Assembly: GCA_963796275.1 (NCBI GenBank)
Contig: CAWCKY010000006.1
Span: forward strand, 2,240,001-2,304,000
Length of the DNA stretch: 64,000 nucleotides
Reading direction: 5' to 3'
Source of the DNA: an uncultured Acidobacteriota bacterium
GTDB lineage: Bacteria; Acidobacteriota; Blastocatellia; RBC074
In this document: in pieces, positions 41,238 through 51,476 of the stretch
Position numbering within the stretch: the stretch's first letter is position 1
Layout of the letters: every line of letters begins with the position of its first letter
The notes under the pieces: model-generated
Database searches by the model: none
The model's input: the letters and a program-made list of their open reading frames with translations, nothing else
What the model was told of the DNA's origin: nothing
Program-made: the position numbers and the translations under genes

Positions 41238-41337
41238 AGTGTACTGTAATGTTGTGATCAGTAGGGGGAGCGAGGCAAATGTCTCTACAAGTACTGCGCT
41301 AAGGGATTGGCGAATAGATCAATAGGTGATGGCTTCC

Positions 41338-42255
41338 TTAATTCATCGCACCAGTGTCGCGGCTGTCTCGATTTGTAGGCAGTACGTCTCGTTCTTCCCC
41401 TTGCATGCCTAATAATTCTGTCGTTCCTTCTGTGATAGACGTGCCTGATCGTTGGGAAGGAAGGGCAGCCGCTTCAACCGTAGCGAGTTCCTGTGCATTA
41501 CGTATCGGTAGTGCTTGCCTGTCTTCTCCTTTTGACCTGAGGGCGCGGTTCAGACGTTGCCATGCGAACCGCGTCACCAAGATATTCAGGAAGCCGAGGC
41601 CAATGAAGATGACACTGCTGATAATTGCAAGTACCAATGAATCTTCCGGGCCGATCACTCCTGTGCCGATGATGATGGGCGTGATAAGCATGAGGAGGTT
41701 GGTAATCACCAGCATGACCGCGCTTGTGACCACAGACGTATGCCCAGCCCTCACCTCGGCGGTCATCCGTAGCACATCCAGTTCGGCCTGTTCAGAAGTC
41801 ATCGGCGCACCGCACTGGCGGCAGAAGCGTGAATCCCCCGTGGATTCTGTCCCACAGGCCGTACAAATCTTATCGGCGGCACGAACACTGGCGAGCGCTA
41901 TAATCGCCTCTGCTTCACGTGTCAGCACCTCCTTCTCTCCGCCCGACAACCACGGATGTCTGATGGTGTAATCGAAGGTGGCGCGTGTAGCATATGCGCC
42001 AATTGGTTTGAGCCGGATTACGAGCGTCATTGCATAATCGAGCACGTCAGCTGAACCATACCACGTGCCCCATCCCTTTGCGCCGCGTCGCCCGAGCAAG
42101 GCTGGTTCTTCCTCAATCACATCATAGTCAAGTCGTTCGAGCGCCGCACTTAAACGCGTACGCACGCTTTCGATGTTACCAGCCAGCACTCGCTTGAGGT
42201 AAATTTCGGTGGTTTGTGAGCCATATCCACCACCGATCTCCGTGAAGTTTGACAT
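41338..42255 (-). CDS. zinc-ribbon membrane protein
   Basis: CTACG...FCRQCG followed by two TM helices. Confidence 0.75.
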   Translation of the reverse strand: MSNFTEIGGGYGSQTTEIYLKRVLAGNIESVRTRLSAALERLDYDVIEEEPALLGRRGAKGWGTWYGSADVLDYAMTLVIRLKPIGAYATRATFDYTIRHPWLSGGEKEVLTREAEAIIALASVRAADKICTACGTESTGDSRFCRQCGAPMTSEQAELDVLRMTAEVRAGHTSVVTSAVMLVITNLLMLITPIIIGTGVIGPEDSLVLAIISSVIFIGLGFLNILVTRFAWQRLNRALRSKGEDRQALPIRNAQELATVEAAALPSQRSGTSITEGTTELLGMQGEERDVLPTNRDSRDTGAMN

Positions 42256-42540
42256 TTAAACCTCTGTAGCTATCGCTTGGAAATATGTTAACAGCCCGAA
42301 TACGCTGGATCGAGGCAGTATGTTTCCTGACAATCTGTGATGCGCCTGAAGTTGTTTAATAATCTATGGCAAAGACTCAGGGTTCGCAACAACTTACCGC
42401 GCCGTTACCAAAAACCGAACCCGAAAATCGAAGAATAGCCTGCTGAGTAGCTATTTGGGGGGAAGAGGGAGAGACAAGAGATAGAACCGGCGATTTGGAA
42501 GAGGGGGCAAACGAACTAAGTAATAGCCTCTGGGCTTAGA

Positions 42541-43977
42541 TCATTTCTCCAGGCTGGACGCCGCCTGGAAGCGCGGCGCGATCTCTTCGAGCATCTTTTT
42601 CAACTCAGCCTCCGGCATCCACCGCCCACGCGTCATCACTCCCGCCCTCTTCTCAGTATTCGAAATGTCTTCGAGCGGATTGGCTTCGAGCAAAATAAGG
42701 TCCGCGCGCTTGCCGCGTCCGATTACGCCGGCCTCGCCGAGCGCGTTCAGGAATTCCGCCGGAGTGCGCGTTGCGGCCTCCAGCGCGGCATAGGGCGTCA
42801 ATCCCGCCTCGACCAGGTTCTTCAACTCGCGGTGGAGAGTGAAACCGTAAAGCAGGAACAATTCGGGCGTGTCCGAACCCGCCATGATCTTTCCGCCCGC
42901 GTCGTGAATGCCCTTGACGATTTGATTGCGAATGCGGATGTATTTTTCCCGCCGCTCAAGCGCCGGTGGCGTCGCCCAGAACCGTTGGCGAGCGGCGTGC
43001 CGGGACTTGCGCAATTCGGGCGGGAAGAAGCTGTAATCGGGGCGGGCGCGGATCTCTTCGTCGCTCTGCTCGACAGCGTATGAGAGCTTGAAGAACGTCA
43101 GCGTGGGGCAAGTATAGACGCCAGCCTTCGCGGTCGCGAACGATACTTCGTTGATCTTGCGTTCGTCAACATAATCCAGGCTCTCCCAGTTGGCTTTACG
43201 CCCGACGCCAGAGTCCGAGAGCGAGATCTTTATTGGCGAGTCGTCCTTCAGCACAGCCTCCATATATGAGTCGAGGTGCTCGATCTGCTGACCTGTTTCG
43301 AGCGCGCGCTGAAGGCCGACTCGCAAATCGACGTGCCCGACGACACGGATGCCGATCTCTCTGGCCGTCTCGATCACCGCGTCGTAGACCGGGCGCGAGA
43401 TGGCTATGGTGAGCTTGATGAAATCGTATCCGGCGGCCTTGGCCTGCTTGACCGCCGCGCGCGCTTCTTCGGGCGTCGTTACTACGTAGCCGTTGAACGG
43501 GTCTCCATACGAGCGGCCCGCCAGTTCCGGGCTGGCAACGTACATGGTCGGGCCCAACAGTTCGCCATTCGCCACCTGTGCGCGCATCTTCAAGTGTTCG
43601 GGCGTGCCGATCATCAGGCGGATAGTCGTAACTCCGTTGGCAAGCATGATCTTTAGCTCGTCGCCGGCCAGGCTGTCAGGGAATTTGCCGTCCGAGAACA
43701 GGTGCGTGTGCATGTCGAACAAACCAGGTATCAGAAATTTACCGCGCCCTTCCACGCGCACAGCCCCGGCAGGGATGTTGACCCTGTTCGCCGCGCCGAT
43801 CTCGGCGATTCGCCCATCGCGCACGACCACGGTCTGATCTTTCAACACGCGCTCCCGATCCATCGGTATCACGTTGACGTTGACGAAGGCCGTCATTTGC
43901 TTCCTGGCATCCTGAGCGATCGCAGATGCGATCAAGATCACTACGAGCAAGGTCGCTATTCCATATTTGCTATTCAT
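42541..43977 (-). CDS. secreted amidohydrolase family protein
   Basis: PGLFDMHTH, IEH, AGSD, GKRADLILL; signal peptide. Confidence 0.9.
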   Translation of the reverse strand: MNSKYGIATLLVVILIASAIAQDARKQMTAFVNVNVIPMDRERVLKDQTVVVRDGRIAEIGAANRVNIPAGAVRVEGRGKFLIPGLFDMHTHLFSDGKFPDSLAGDELKIMLANGVTTIRLMIGTPEHLKMRAQVANGELLGPTMYVASPELAGRSYGDPFNGYVVTTPEEARAAVKQAKAAGYDFIKLTIAISRPVYDAVIETAREIGIRVVGHVDLRVGLQRALETGQQIEHLDSYMEAVLKDDSPIKISLSDSGVGRKANWESLDYVDERKINEVSFATAKAGVYTCPTLTFFKLSYAVEQSDEEIRARPDYSFFPPELRKSRHAARQRFWATPPALERREKYIRIRNQIVKGIHDAGGKIMAGSDTPELFLLYGFTLHRELKNLVEAGLTPYAALEAATRTPAEFLNALGEAGVIGRGKRADLILLEANPLEDISNTEKRAGVMTRGRWMPEAELKKMLEEIAPRFQAASSLEK

Positions 43978-44137
43978 CTCTGTATCCTTCTACTTTCCAT
44001 AAAGCAGGAACAACAGGGCAGTCGCGAACCGTGAAGCTCGCTTTCATGTATCCTATTTAATTTTAGGAGTGTAAATTAAACGGCATTGGAATCAATGTTA
44101 TCGGCCTTGAGCACCAGAGGTGCGTGATGTGTGTATC

Positions 44138-45517
44138 TCATTTCTCACCCCGCTGGGTAATGCAGTACAGATTCGACGCCGTACGAATAAAAATGGCTCC
44201 GCCCGCGATGGCGGGTGAAGCGTAGATTGGTTCATCGAGAGAATTGGTTCCCAACACCTCGTGCTGCGGCCCGGCTTTCAGCACGAAGGTGTCGCCGTCT
44301 TCGCTCATCAACAGAATCTTGTCTTCAAATGCGACAGGCGAGGCGGAGAAGGTCGCGGGCTTCGGAACCCGCGCTCCTTCGTATTTGACCTCGCCCGTCT
44401 TCACATCCAGACACGTCAAGAGGCCCCTGTCGGTTAGCAGATAGACGTAATCGCCGTAGAGGATTGACGACGGCGTGTAGCCCGTGCCCTTGTCGCGCTG
44501 CCAGACGATGTTGGGCGTGCCGGTCAAATCGCCACTGCCGCCCAGCCGGATCGCCAGCGCGCGTTTGACCGGATGCGTGGCGGAGACGACCACGATGCCG
44601 TGCCCCACTAGCGGTGTCGGCACTGTCCAGCTCTGCGTCCCCTGGCAGCGCCACAGCTCCTTGCCAGTTGCCGGATCGTAGGAGACGATGAATTGATTGC
44701 CGCTCGCCACCAACTCCGTCCGCGCCGGAGTACGCGCAATCACTGGCGTCGTCCAGCTCACTTCCACCTGGCGCGGCGTGCGCCAGAGTTCTTTCCCGCT
44801 GCGTTTGTCGAGCGCGACGATGAACGACCGCTCGCCGTTATCTTCATCGCATTGCAGAATCACGCGGTCTTCATACAGCGTCGGCGAAGTTCCATTGCCC
44901 ATGCCCTGGGTGGCGATATGGCCGAGCGACTTTTTCCAGATCAGATTGCCGTTGAAGTCGTAGCAGTACAGCCCTTCGGAGCCGAACCAGGCATAGACGA
45001 AGCGTCCATCAGTCGCCGGCGTGCCGTCGGCGTAAGTCGCTTTGCGGTGACGGTCGTCGTAGACGCGGCCTTCATACGCCGTCCGCCGCCACAACATCTT
45101 GCCGCTGCGGCGATCCAGACAGAGGACTTGCAGCGTGTTTTGGCGATTGGCCCCGACGCTGTCCGGATGGACGTAATCTTCGCCGCCCAGCTTGTGTTTG
45201 ACGGCTTTCGCTCCGGGAATAATTTCGCCTTCGAGCGAAGTCGTCAGGAAAATCCGGTCTCCCCAGACAATGGGCGAAGAATGGCTGCGCCCGGGAATCG
45301 CCGTCTTCCATTTAACGTTCTGCGTGGAGCTCCATACCGTCGGCAATCCCGTTTCAGTTGAAATGCCCTGACTGTCGGGGCCGCGCCATTGCGCCCAGTT
45401 CGCGGCGCTTTTCGCGGGCTTGGCTTTCAAAGGCCTGGTCATTGAAGGCGAGCGCAATTCCGCCGCGCCCAAGCTACCTGCCAGCAATACAGCAACGATG
45501 ATCGACGTTCTGCACAT
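44138..45517 (-). CDS. PQQ-binding-like beta-propeller protein
   Basis: NWAQWRGP, HSSPIVWGD, repeated TGKELWR units, ASPAI; start at MCRTS after AGGAG. Confidence 0.88.
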   Translation of the reverse strand: MCRTSIIVAVLLAGSLGAAELRSPSMTRPLKAKPAKSAANWAQWRGPDSQGISTETGLPTVWSSTQNVKWKTAIPGRSHSSPIVWGDRIFLTTSLEGEIIPGAKAVKHKLGGEDYVHPDSVGANRQNTLQVLCLDRRSGKMLWRRTAYEGRVYDDRHRKATYADGTPATDGRFVYAWFGSEGLYCYDFNGNLIWKKSLGHIATQGMGNGTSPTLYEDRVILQCDEDNGERSFIVALDKRSGKELWRTPRQVEVSWTTPVIARTPARTELVASGNQFIVSYDPATGKELWRCQGTQSWTVPTPLVGHGIVVVSATHPVKRALAIRLGGSGDLTGTPNIVWQRDKGTGYTPSSILYGDYVYLLTDRGLLTCLDVKTGEVKYEGARVPKPATFSASPVAFEDKILLMSEDGDTFVLKAGPQHEVLGTNSLDEPIYASPAIAGGAIFIRTASNLYCITQRGEK

Positions 45518-45841
45518 GGCTTCTCCTAATCTATTCTGTAAAACGTTCCGTAACACGGTTGTCCACGCTGTCCCGTTCGCCAAGCTTTTGGATCGAGATC
45601 TCTCGATGTCGGGCGCGACGCCGATAAGCCGGTGACCGTTTTTCGCGCCGAAAAACAGAAAATTGGACAGGATTTCCAATTTTGTTTTGGCACTCCCACG
45701 GAAGGCGCACTGCACCCTCCTCATTCACCATATGCTATAGTTGGCTTGAAAATGTCTTCAGGATAAGTTGATTTCAGGCTCTTTTTTTTCTCACAGAGTT
45801 CTCACAACGGCTATCTTCACTGGTTTCACAATGAAAAGCGT

Positions 45842-45865
45842 CTGGGTACGCACGTGCGTACCCAG
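45842..45865. repeat. perfect 24-bp palindrome (possible collapsed REP doublet)
   Basis: CTGGGTACGCACGTGCGTACCCAG is its own reverse complement. Confidence 0.7.
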
Positions 45866-45927
45866 GTAAGTTGAAAAGAGATGTGATCAGTTGGTGTAGC
45901 CTGGCGCGAGGATGATGGATCAAACTT

Positions 45928-46260
45928 CTATTTCCATCGATTGCCGAGGACAATGATGCTCATTCCGATAAGGCTCACCGTGGCGCCGATGATATCCCAG
46001 CGATTAACCTGCTGACCTTCGACCAGCCACAGCCAGGCGAGAGCGACGGTGATATAGACGCCGCCATAAGCGGCATAAGTCCGAGCCGCTGCACCTGGGT
46101 GCAGGCTCAATAGCCACGCGAAGACGGCTAAACTGCTTGCCGCAGGGATGAGCAGCCAGGCTGACTTGTTTTCTTGCAGCCAAAGGTAGGCAAGAAAGCA
46201 CCCCAAAATTTCCGCAAAGGCTGTCAGAATGAATAAAAATGCGGCCCGCAATAAGATCAT
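45928..46260 (-). CDS. ynfA: YnfA/UPF0060 small membrane protein
   Basis: [25 protein letters not shown]; four TM helices. Confidence 0.85.
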   Translation of the reverse strand: MILLRAAFLFILTAFAEILGCFLAYLWLQENKSAWLLIPAASSLAVFAWLLSLHPGAAARTYAAYGGVYITVALAWLWLVEGQQVNRWDIIGATVSLIGMSIIVLGNRWK

Positions 46261-46284
46261 TTTGAAAGTATAACCGAATTATCA

Positions 46285-46770
46285 TCATTCAATACCGAAT
46301 TCAATTTTCAGGAAAGGTTTGACTCCTTCGCGTCCGGTCAGGTTGAGCCACAACGGTCCGTTCTCTCGACCCGCTTCAAAGCCGAAGGCGAGGAAAGGGC
46401 AGCAGCGGCGTTCCAGCGTGATCCATTCGGCGGTACCTTGAATCATCGCTTCATCAGAAGGTAAGCGGAACGAATATCCGTCAGGCAGTTCGCGCATCTC
46501 CTGCACTGCGGCGCGCAACTTCGCAGTTAGTGCCTGATGCCGCCGCCGCTGCTCCCTGTCGAGCGCATTCAGGTTGCATGCGATCGGCGATTCGCCGGCT
46601 ACGTTATCACTCATCTTCTTCTCCTGTTCTGTCGCTTGAGTAGTTACCGAAATCGCTCTGTCGCAAGCGTCGCATTTAACCACTGAGGGGGGGCCACCGA
46701 GACCGAACCAGACCGATACGGCCGCTAGTATACTGAGAAGTTTTCTTGGGCTGACCATACTATCCTCCAA
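46285..46770 (-). CDS. Cys-motif hypothetical protein of the MerR operon
   Basis: Signal-like N-terminus, CDAC, IACNL, ELPDGYSFR, ERRCCPF. Confidence 0.7.
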   Translation of the reverse strand: MEDSMVSPRKLLSILAAVSVWFGLGGPPSVVKCDACDRAISVTTQATEQEKKMSDNVAGESPIACNLNALDREQRRRHQALTAKLRAAVQEMRELPDGYSFRLPSDEAMIQGTAEWITLERRCCPFLAFGFEAGRENGPLWLNLTGREGVKPFLKIEFGIE

Positions 46771-46813
46771 TAGTTGTTGGCCTGGCTGCTTGTTGATGGT
46801 GCAGCCTTCCCAT

Positions 46814-47218
46814 TTAAGAGCGCGCGACGCTGTCGGCGATCGCCTTCAAATCGGGGCAGAGCGAATGCCCATCACTGCATTCGCAACTGTCCAGACTCGC
46901 GTCTAATTCGTCGCGCATCATTTGCAGATCGCGAATCTGTTCATCGAGGTGTCGAATCTTGGCTTCGAAGCCGGCACGTACCTCGGCGGCGGTCAATGAC
47001 CGCGTCGCGAGCCGCTGCAGAAGCCGTTCGATTTCCTGGAGTTTGAAACCCCGCTTCTGAGTCCCTTTTATGAAACGGACGACCTTCACGACTTCCGCGG
47101 GATAATCGCGGTATCCTGACGAGAGGCGGCGCGGCTTTTTGAGCAAGCCACGGCGTTCGTAGAAACGAATTGTTTGAACATTGACTCCTGCCTGTGCGGC
47201 GACCTCACCGATACGCAT
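46814..47218 (-). CDS. MerR family transcriptional regulator
   Basis: MRIGEVA...TIRFYERRGLL...GYRDY; C-terminal CEC...CP; GGAGG RBS. Confidence 0.9.
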   Translation of the reverse strand: MRIGEVAAQAGVNVQTIRFYERRGLLKKPRRLSSGYRDYPAEVVKVVRFIKGTQKRGFKLQEIERLLQRLATRSLTAAEVRAGFEAKIRHLDEQIRDLQMMRDELDASLDSCECSDGHSLCPDLKAIADSVARS

Positions 47219-47241
47219 CTGCACTCCCTCCGCCAGCGTTA

Positions 47242-47275
47242 ATAGTATGCGCCTTATACCAAAGTATAAGGTCAA
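47242..47275 (-). promoter_or_regulatory. MerR-type promoter with dyad operator in a long spacer
   Basis: TTGACC -35; palindrome CCTTATAC-N4-GTATAAGG (47252-47271); CATACT -10 at 20-bp spacing. Confidence 0.7.
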
Positions 47276-47527
47276 GATGAGATTAGCTATGATGCATTAT
47301 CCTTGAATGGAAATCTGTAGCATTGCAAGATGATATGCTGATCTGACTCTCAATTTCCGGTCGGGAGCTCGGACGCTCGGCTCGTGACATAATGCCTTCC
47401 GACGTTTGGGTGAACGGCGGAGAGAAATAGAATGCGCGATAAGGATGTGTTCGCTCAACAGTCGTTCCTGCCCATCGCGCGAGAACTCCGCTCCAGCATG
47501 TTCATCTCGCTGGCCATCATGTAAGGT

Positions 47528-48229
47528 TTGGGAATGATAGAACAGGACATTAATTCGAGTGACTGCTCACTTCGCGAATCGCGAGTCCACGCTGTCCTGG
47601 AGCGCCTTCATCGTGAAGCGGGAATGCAAAACCTGGCCCTCGCACGTCTGCTAGCGTCGTTCGTTGCTGACAAGCTCGCACGCCGGGAACTCACTATGTC
47701 AGAGGAGGTTTCACGCCTTAAGAACCTCTACGTGCCGGTCTCGCCGAAACAAGGGCAATTCATCTACTCGGTCGCACGTTCGATCCGAGCGAAGCGGATC
47801 GTTGAGTTCGGCACGTCATTCGGCGTCTCCACTACGTACCTGGCGGCGGCGGTGCGTGATAACGGTGGCGGCATCGTCATAGGTTCGGAACTCGAGCCCA
47901 ATAAAGTCGTGATAGCCCGGCGAAACATCGGCGATGCCGGGCTCAGCGACTTCGTCGATATTCGTGAGGGTGATGCGCAAAAAACGCTGCAAAATCCCGG
48001 CGGATCAGTCGACATGATCCTTCTCGACGGCTTTAAGGAGCTCTATCTCCCGATGCTCCGGATGCTCACCCCGCATTTGCGGCCCGGAGCAATCGTCGTT
48101 GCGGACAACATCTTCACGTTCCGAATCGCTCTCGCGCCTTATGTATCATATATGCAGGATCCTGCGAACGGATTTCTCTCGATGACGCTCTTTCTCGGTG
48201 ACGGCACGGAGTACTCACTGCGGTTGTAG
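47528..48229 (+). CDS. O-methyltransferase (YrrM-like)
   Basis: VEFGTSFGVST, GDA, LLDG.K, VADN. Confidence 0.88.
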   Translation: MGMIEQDINSSDCSLRESRVHAVLERLHREAGMQNLALARLLASFVADKLARRELTMSEEVSRLKNLYVPVSPKQGQFIYSVARSIRAKRIVEFGTSFGVSTTYLAAAVRDNGGGIVIGSELEPNKVVIARRNIGDAGLSDFVDIREGDAQKTLQNPGGSVDMILLDGFKELYLPMLRMLTPHLRPGAIVVADNIFTFRIALAPYVSYMQDPANGFLSMTLFLGDGTEYSLRL

Positions 48230-48384
48230 GTTACTCTCATCCTTGGTGGTTTTATTACGCGGACTGTGCGATTTATGGCGCGAACCGAAATTGCCAAAAG
48301 ATGCGCGAGAGGAAGAGTTCCCATTCTGCTCGCGCCACAGCCTCGTTCAAGCACCTGCTAGCGAAATTATCGTTTTGTTGGTGT

Positions 48385-49641
48385 TTACTGCGTCGCTACT
48401 CGTTTCCGTTTGAGTTCGGGACGTTGGGTTCCGCCTGCGTCGTCAATCACTTCCTTACCGCTCGCCGCTCGGTACCCTTTGCGAGCGCGAACGATCATCC
48501 CGTTCTTGGCAACACGAACTCTTAACTCGCGGTATGTGCCGTCCTTCTTCGCGTTGGTCGAGTAATAGCCGATCGCATACTGGTGGCGCAGCTCCTCGGC
48601 AATCATCGTAAAGGCCTGCGTGACGTTATAAAGGGTGTCGGCGTTATAGAGTCGACCGCCGCTGCGTTCGGCCAGTTCCTGCAGGTAACGGGCAGCGAGC
48701 CGGTAGTCGTCGGGGTTCGTTCCAGGCGCACGCCTCGGCGGCCATTGCATGAATTGATTACTGATGAACGGTTTGAGAGGCCAGCGGCGGCGGCGGCCTC
48801 GCGGATCTGGCGAGGGCAGCGGCCACGGCCAGGAATTGGGGAGGTTGATGCCACCCTGCTGAATGTCCGCCTCGGTATCGTATTTGATCGGATAGACCAG
48901 TACGCCCGACTCCTCCACCTTTTCGATGGTGTCCTCGTAAGTTGAATGACGGCTAGAGGTGTCAACGCCGTCAGTGAAAAGCACGATCGCTTTGCGGCCT
49001 TGAATCTTTTCCATCCGGTCAACCACCACATCGACCGCTTCGTAAAGTTTCGTGCCGCCTCCGGTGCGGGTTTCGGAAATAGCATAGCGCAGTTCATCGT
49101 AATCGCTCGTGAAATCGCAGTGGAGGCGCACCTTGGTGTCAAACGACACGACCATTACCTGATCGTCACGCTTCAGCTCTTTGATAAAAGCTATGGCGGC
49201 ATCCTGAATGTCCTCTAACTTGAATACCGTGCTTCGGGAGGTGTCGAGCACGAGTGCGACGTGAAATGGCGTCCTGACGGAATTGAAGATTTCAATATTC
49301 TGTTCCACGCCGTCTTCGTAAACCCGGAAATCGCGTTTGGTGAGGTACGGAACGAATTTGCCATCGCGGTCAATGACGCTGATCGGGATGGTGACGAGCG
49401 TGGTATCCATCTTGATCGTTCCGTTTTCATCAAGCGTTTCAGGCGTTTCGTCGGCTAAGGGGTTGTCGCGCCCCTTCTCCCTGTCCGAATCTTTCGGCGA
49501 CTGCTTTTCGGGTTGCGACGATGGCGGCGGCACTGTCCTGCGACCGGATTGGGCGGAGCTTGAAGAACTCAATGCCAAGACGATTCCCGCAACCAATAGG
49601 ATCACGACAAAGCAACGAGCAATCAGATTGCTGTTCATCAT
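48385..49641 (-). CDS. acidobacterial VWA-domain protein
   Basis: LDTSRS MIDAS motif, TKLYEAV, FTDGVDT, AEELRHQY.IGY; signal peptide. Confidence 0.9.
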   Translation of the reverse strand: MMNSNLIARCFVVILLVAGIVLALSSSSSAQSGRRTVPPPSSQPEKQSPKDSDREKGRDNPLADETPETLDENGTIKMDTTLVTIPISVIDRDGKFVPYLTKRDFRVYEDGVEQNIEIFNSVRTPFHVALVLDTSRSTVFKLEDIQDAAIAFIKELKRDDQVMVVSFDTKVRLHCDFTSDYDELRYAISETRTGGGTKLYEAVDVVVDRMEKIQGRKAIVLFTDGVDTSSRHSTYEDTIEKVEESGVLVYPIKYDTEADIQQGGINLPNSWPWPLPSPDPRGRRRRWPLKPFISNQFMQWPPRRAPGTNPDDYRLAARYLQELAERSGGRLYNADTLYNVTQAFTMIAEELRHQYAIGYYSTNAKKDGTYRELRVRVAKNGMIVRARKGYRAASGKEVIDDAGGTQRPELKRKRVATQ

Positions 49642-50260
49642 ACCTCCTCGATTTTCCTCGCGACCGCATGCGCATTTACGTCGCGAATTTCATCGATCGC
49701 TTTGCGTTCGACGCTCGCGCCAGTACGCATGCGCTCTCAAGGGGTGTGCTCGTTTTTAGATTGCTCTGACGGAAAGGGAGAGACCGCAGGGCCAAAAATG
49801 ATAGGTTTATCTGGTCGTTAACAAATTTGCTTTTTTAGCGGCTCGCATATATTCAATGTTCATCGTTCACCAAGTAGAAAGGCCGCCCAAAAGTATGGGA
49901 TTCCGGCGACATGATAATGGCGGCTGTCATCGCCGGTCAAATCACCCAGCCATTTATGGGGAGATCGACTGAATGACCGGCCGGGATACACAACATGCTC
50001 GAGATGCAACCGTTAGATGAACGCGAACCAGAGTTTCAAGGAGTTGTCTGCAATTGCTACTCTCGGCAATCTATAGGAAATTATTATACGGCGTATTGTG
50101 CTCGAGAACAACTCTGATGTCCCGATGGTGTTCATGACCACGAAGGGATTAATGCAGCAGGTAGAGATGCGATGAAACCTGGAGGGGCGGGAATCCGTTA
50201 AATTTCATAAGCTGATAAGCTGATAAGTTCATGGATTGATGAAGATCGGAACATAAGCCC

Positions 50261-51457
50261 TTGATTCTGCGGAAGACAATCGAATCCCGGACCGATGCTT
50301 CAGGCGGCAGCGGAGCCAGCGGACCGGCTCGCAATGTGGTGAGTTGGGTGGCGATCTTTGGGGTCTGCACCATGTTCTTGCTGCTCAATTCCGCCACCGT
50401 CTGGTACGGCGTGAGAGCCGGATTCTTCCCAAACGCGCAGCCAATGCGATGGGGGACGCTATTACTCGAACAATTGACCGTCTGGTATCCGGTGGCGCTC
50501 CTCGCACCCGCTTGCCTGTGGCTTGCGGCGCGGTTTCGGCTCGAGCGCGAACGGTGGGTGCCCACGCTCGCTGTTCATTTGGGCATAAATCTGGTCTTTC
50601 ACGTCTGCCTCGTGCTCATTTCACTCCCGCTGTCTCAGCTGATCTGGGGCGAGCCGATTTTCACCATACGCTTTCTGCAAAACCTCCACCAGCGTTTGAT
50701 CGGGCGGCTACCGGTAGACGTGATCATTTACTGGATGATTATAGGTTCGGGCTATGCCTTTGAGTATTACCGGCGTTTCCGCGAACAACAATTGCAAGCA
50801 GCTCGCCTGGAAATTCGCGCGACTCAGCTCGAAACTCAGCTGGTGCAGGCCCAATTGCAGGCGCTCAAAATGCAGCTTCACCCTCATTTTCTCTTCAATA
50901 CTCTGCACGCGATTGCGGCTTTGATGGACGATGACGTTAAAGGTGCGCGTCGCATGATGGCGCGGTTGAGCGAACTGTTGCGGCTGACTTTAGAGAGCGC
51001 AGGCCAGCAGGAAGTTGCGCTTCGGCAGGAACTGGACGCCCTGGAGCGTTATCTCGAGATCGAGCAGATTCGCTTCCAGGACCGTCTGACCGTGCGGCTG
51101 GCAGTCGCGCCGGAGACGCTCGACGCGAGCGTTCCCAACCTGGTACTGCAGCCGATTGTTGAGAATGCGATCCGCCATGGCATTGCTCCGCGCTCATCAG
51201 CCGGCCGCGTCGAAATTCGCGCCGAACGCCGGGACGGAATGATCGAATTGCAGGTGATTGATGATGGCCCAGGGTTGCAAAAGGGTGATGGAGAGTTCAA
51301 GGAAGGCATCGGGCTGGCAAACACGCGCGCCCGGCTGCGACAGCTCTATGGCGATAAACATCGGATAGAGATCAAAGACGCTGACGAGGGCGGACTGATA
51401 GTCAAGCTGTCGATCCCATTTCGACAGACGGAGGTGGATGGCGCCGGTTGCGAATAA
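50261..51457 (+). CDS. LytS/YehU-type membrane sensor histidine kinase
   Basis: TM helices, QLHPHFLFNTL, QPIVENAIRHG, GIGLAN; exact start uncertain. Confidence 0.9.
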   Translation: MILRKTIESRTDASGGSGASGPARNVVSWVAIFGVCTMFLLLNSATVWYGVRAGFFPNAQPMRWGTLLLEQLTVWYPVALLAPACLWLAARFRLERERWVPTLAVHLGINLVFHVCLVLISLPLSQLIWGEPIFTIRFLQNLHQRLIGRLPVDVIIYWMIIGSGYAFEYYRRFREQQLQAARLEIRATQLETQLVQAQLQALKMQLHPHFLFNTLHAIAALMDDDVKGARRMMARLSELLRLTLESAGQQEVALRQELDALERYLEIEQIRFQDRLTVRLAVAPETLDASVPNLVLQPIVENAIRHGIAPRSSAGRVEIRAERRDGMIELQVIDDGPGLQKGDGEFKEGIGLANTRARLRQLYGDKHRIEIKDADEGGLIVKLSIPFRQTEVDGAGCE

Positions 51458-51476
51458 GGCAGGGAGCCAATAAGAA

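Noticed and set aside
49903-49937. CCGGCGA...TCGCCGG hairpin between the divergent VWA and LytS genes
   Set aside because: An isolated stem with no riboswitch consensus or supporting structure.
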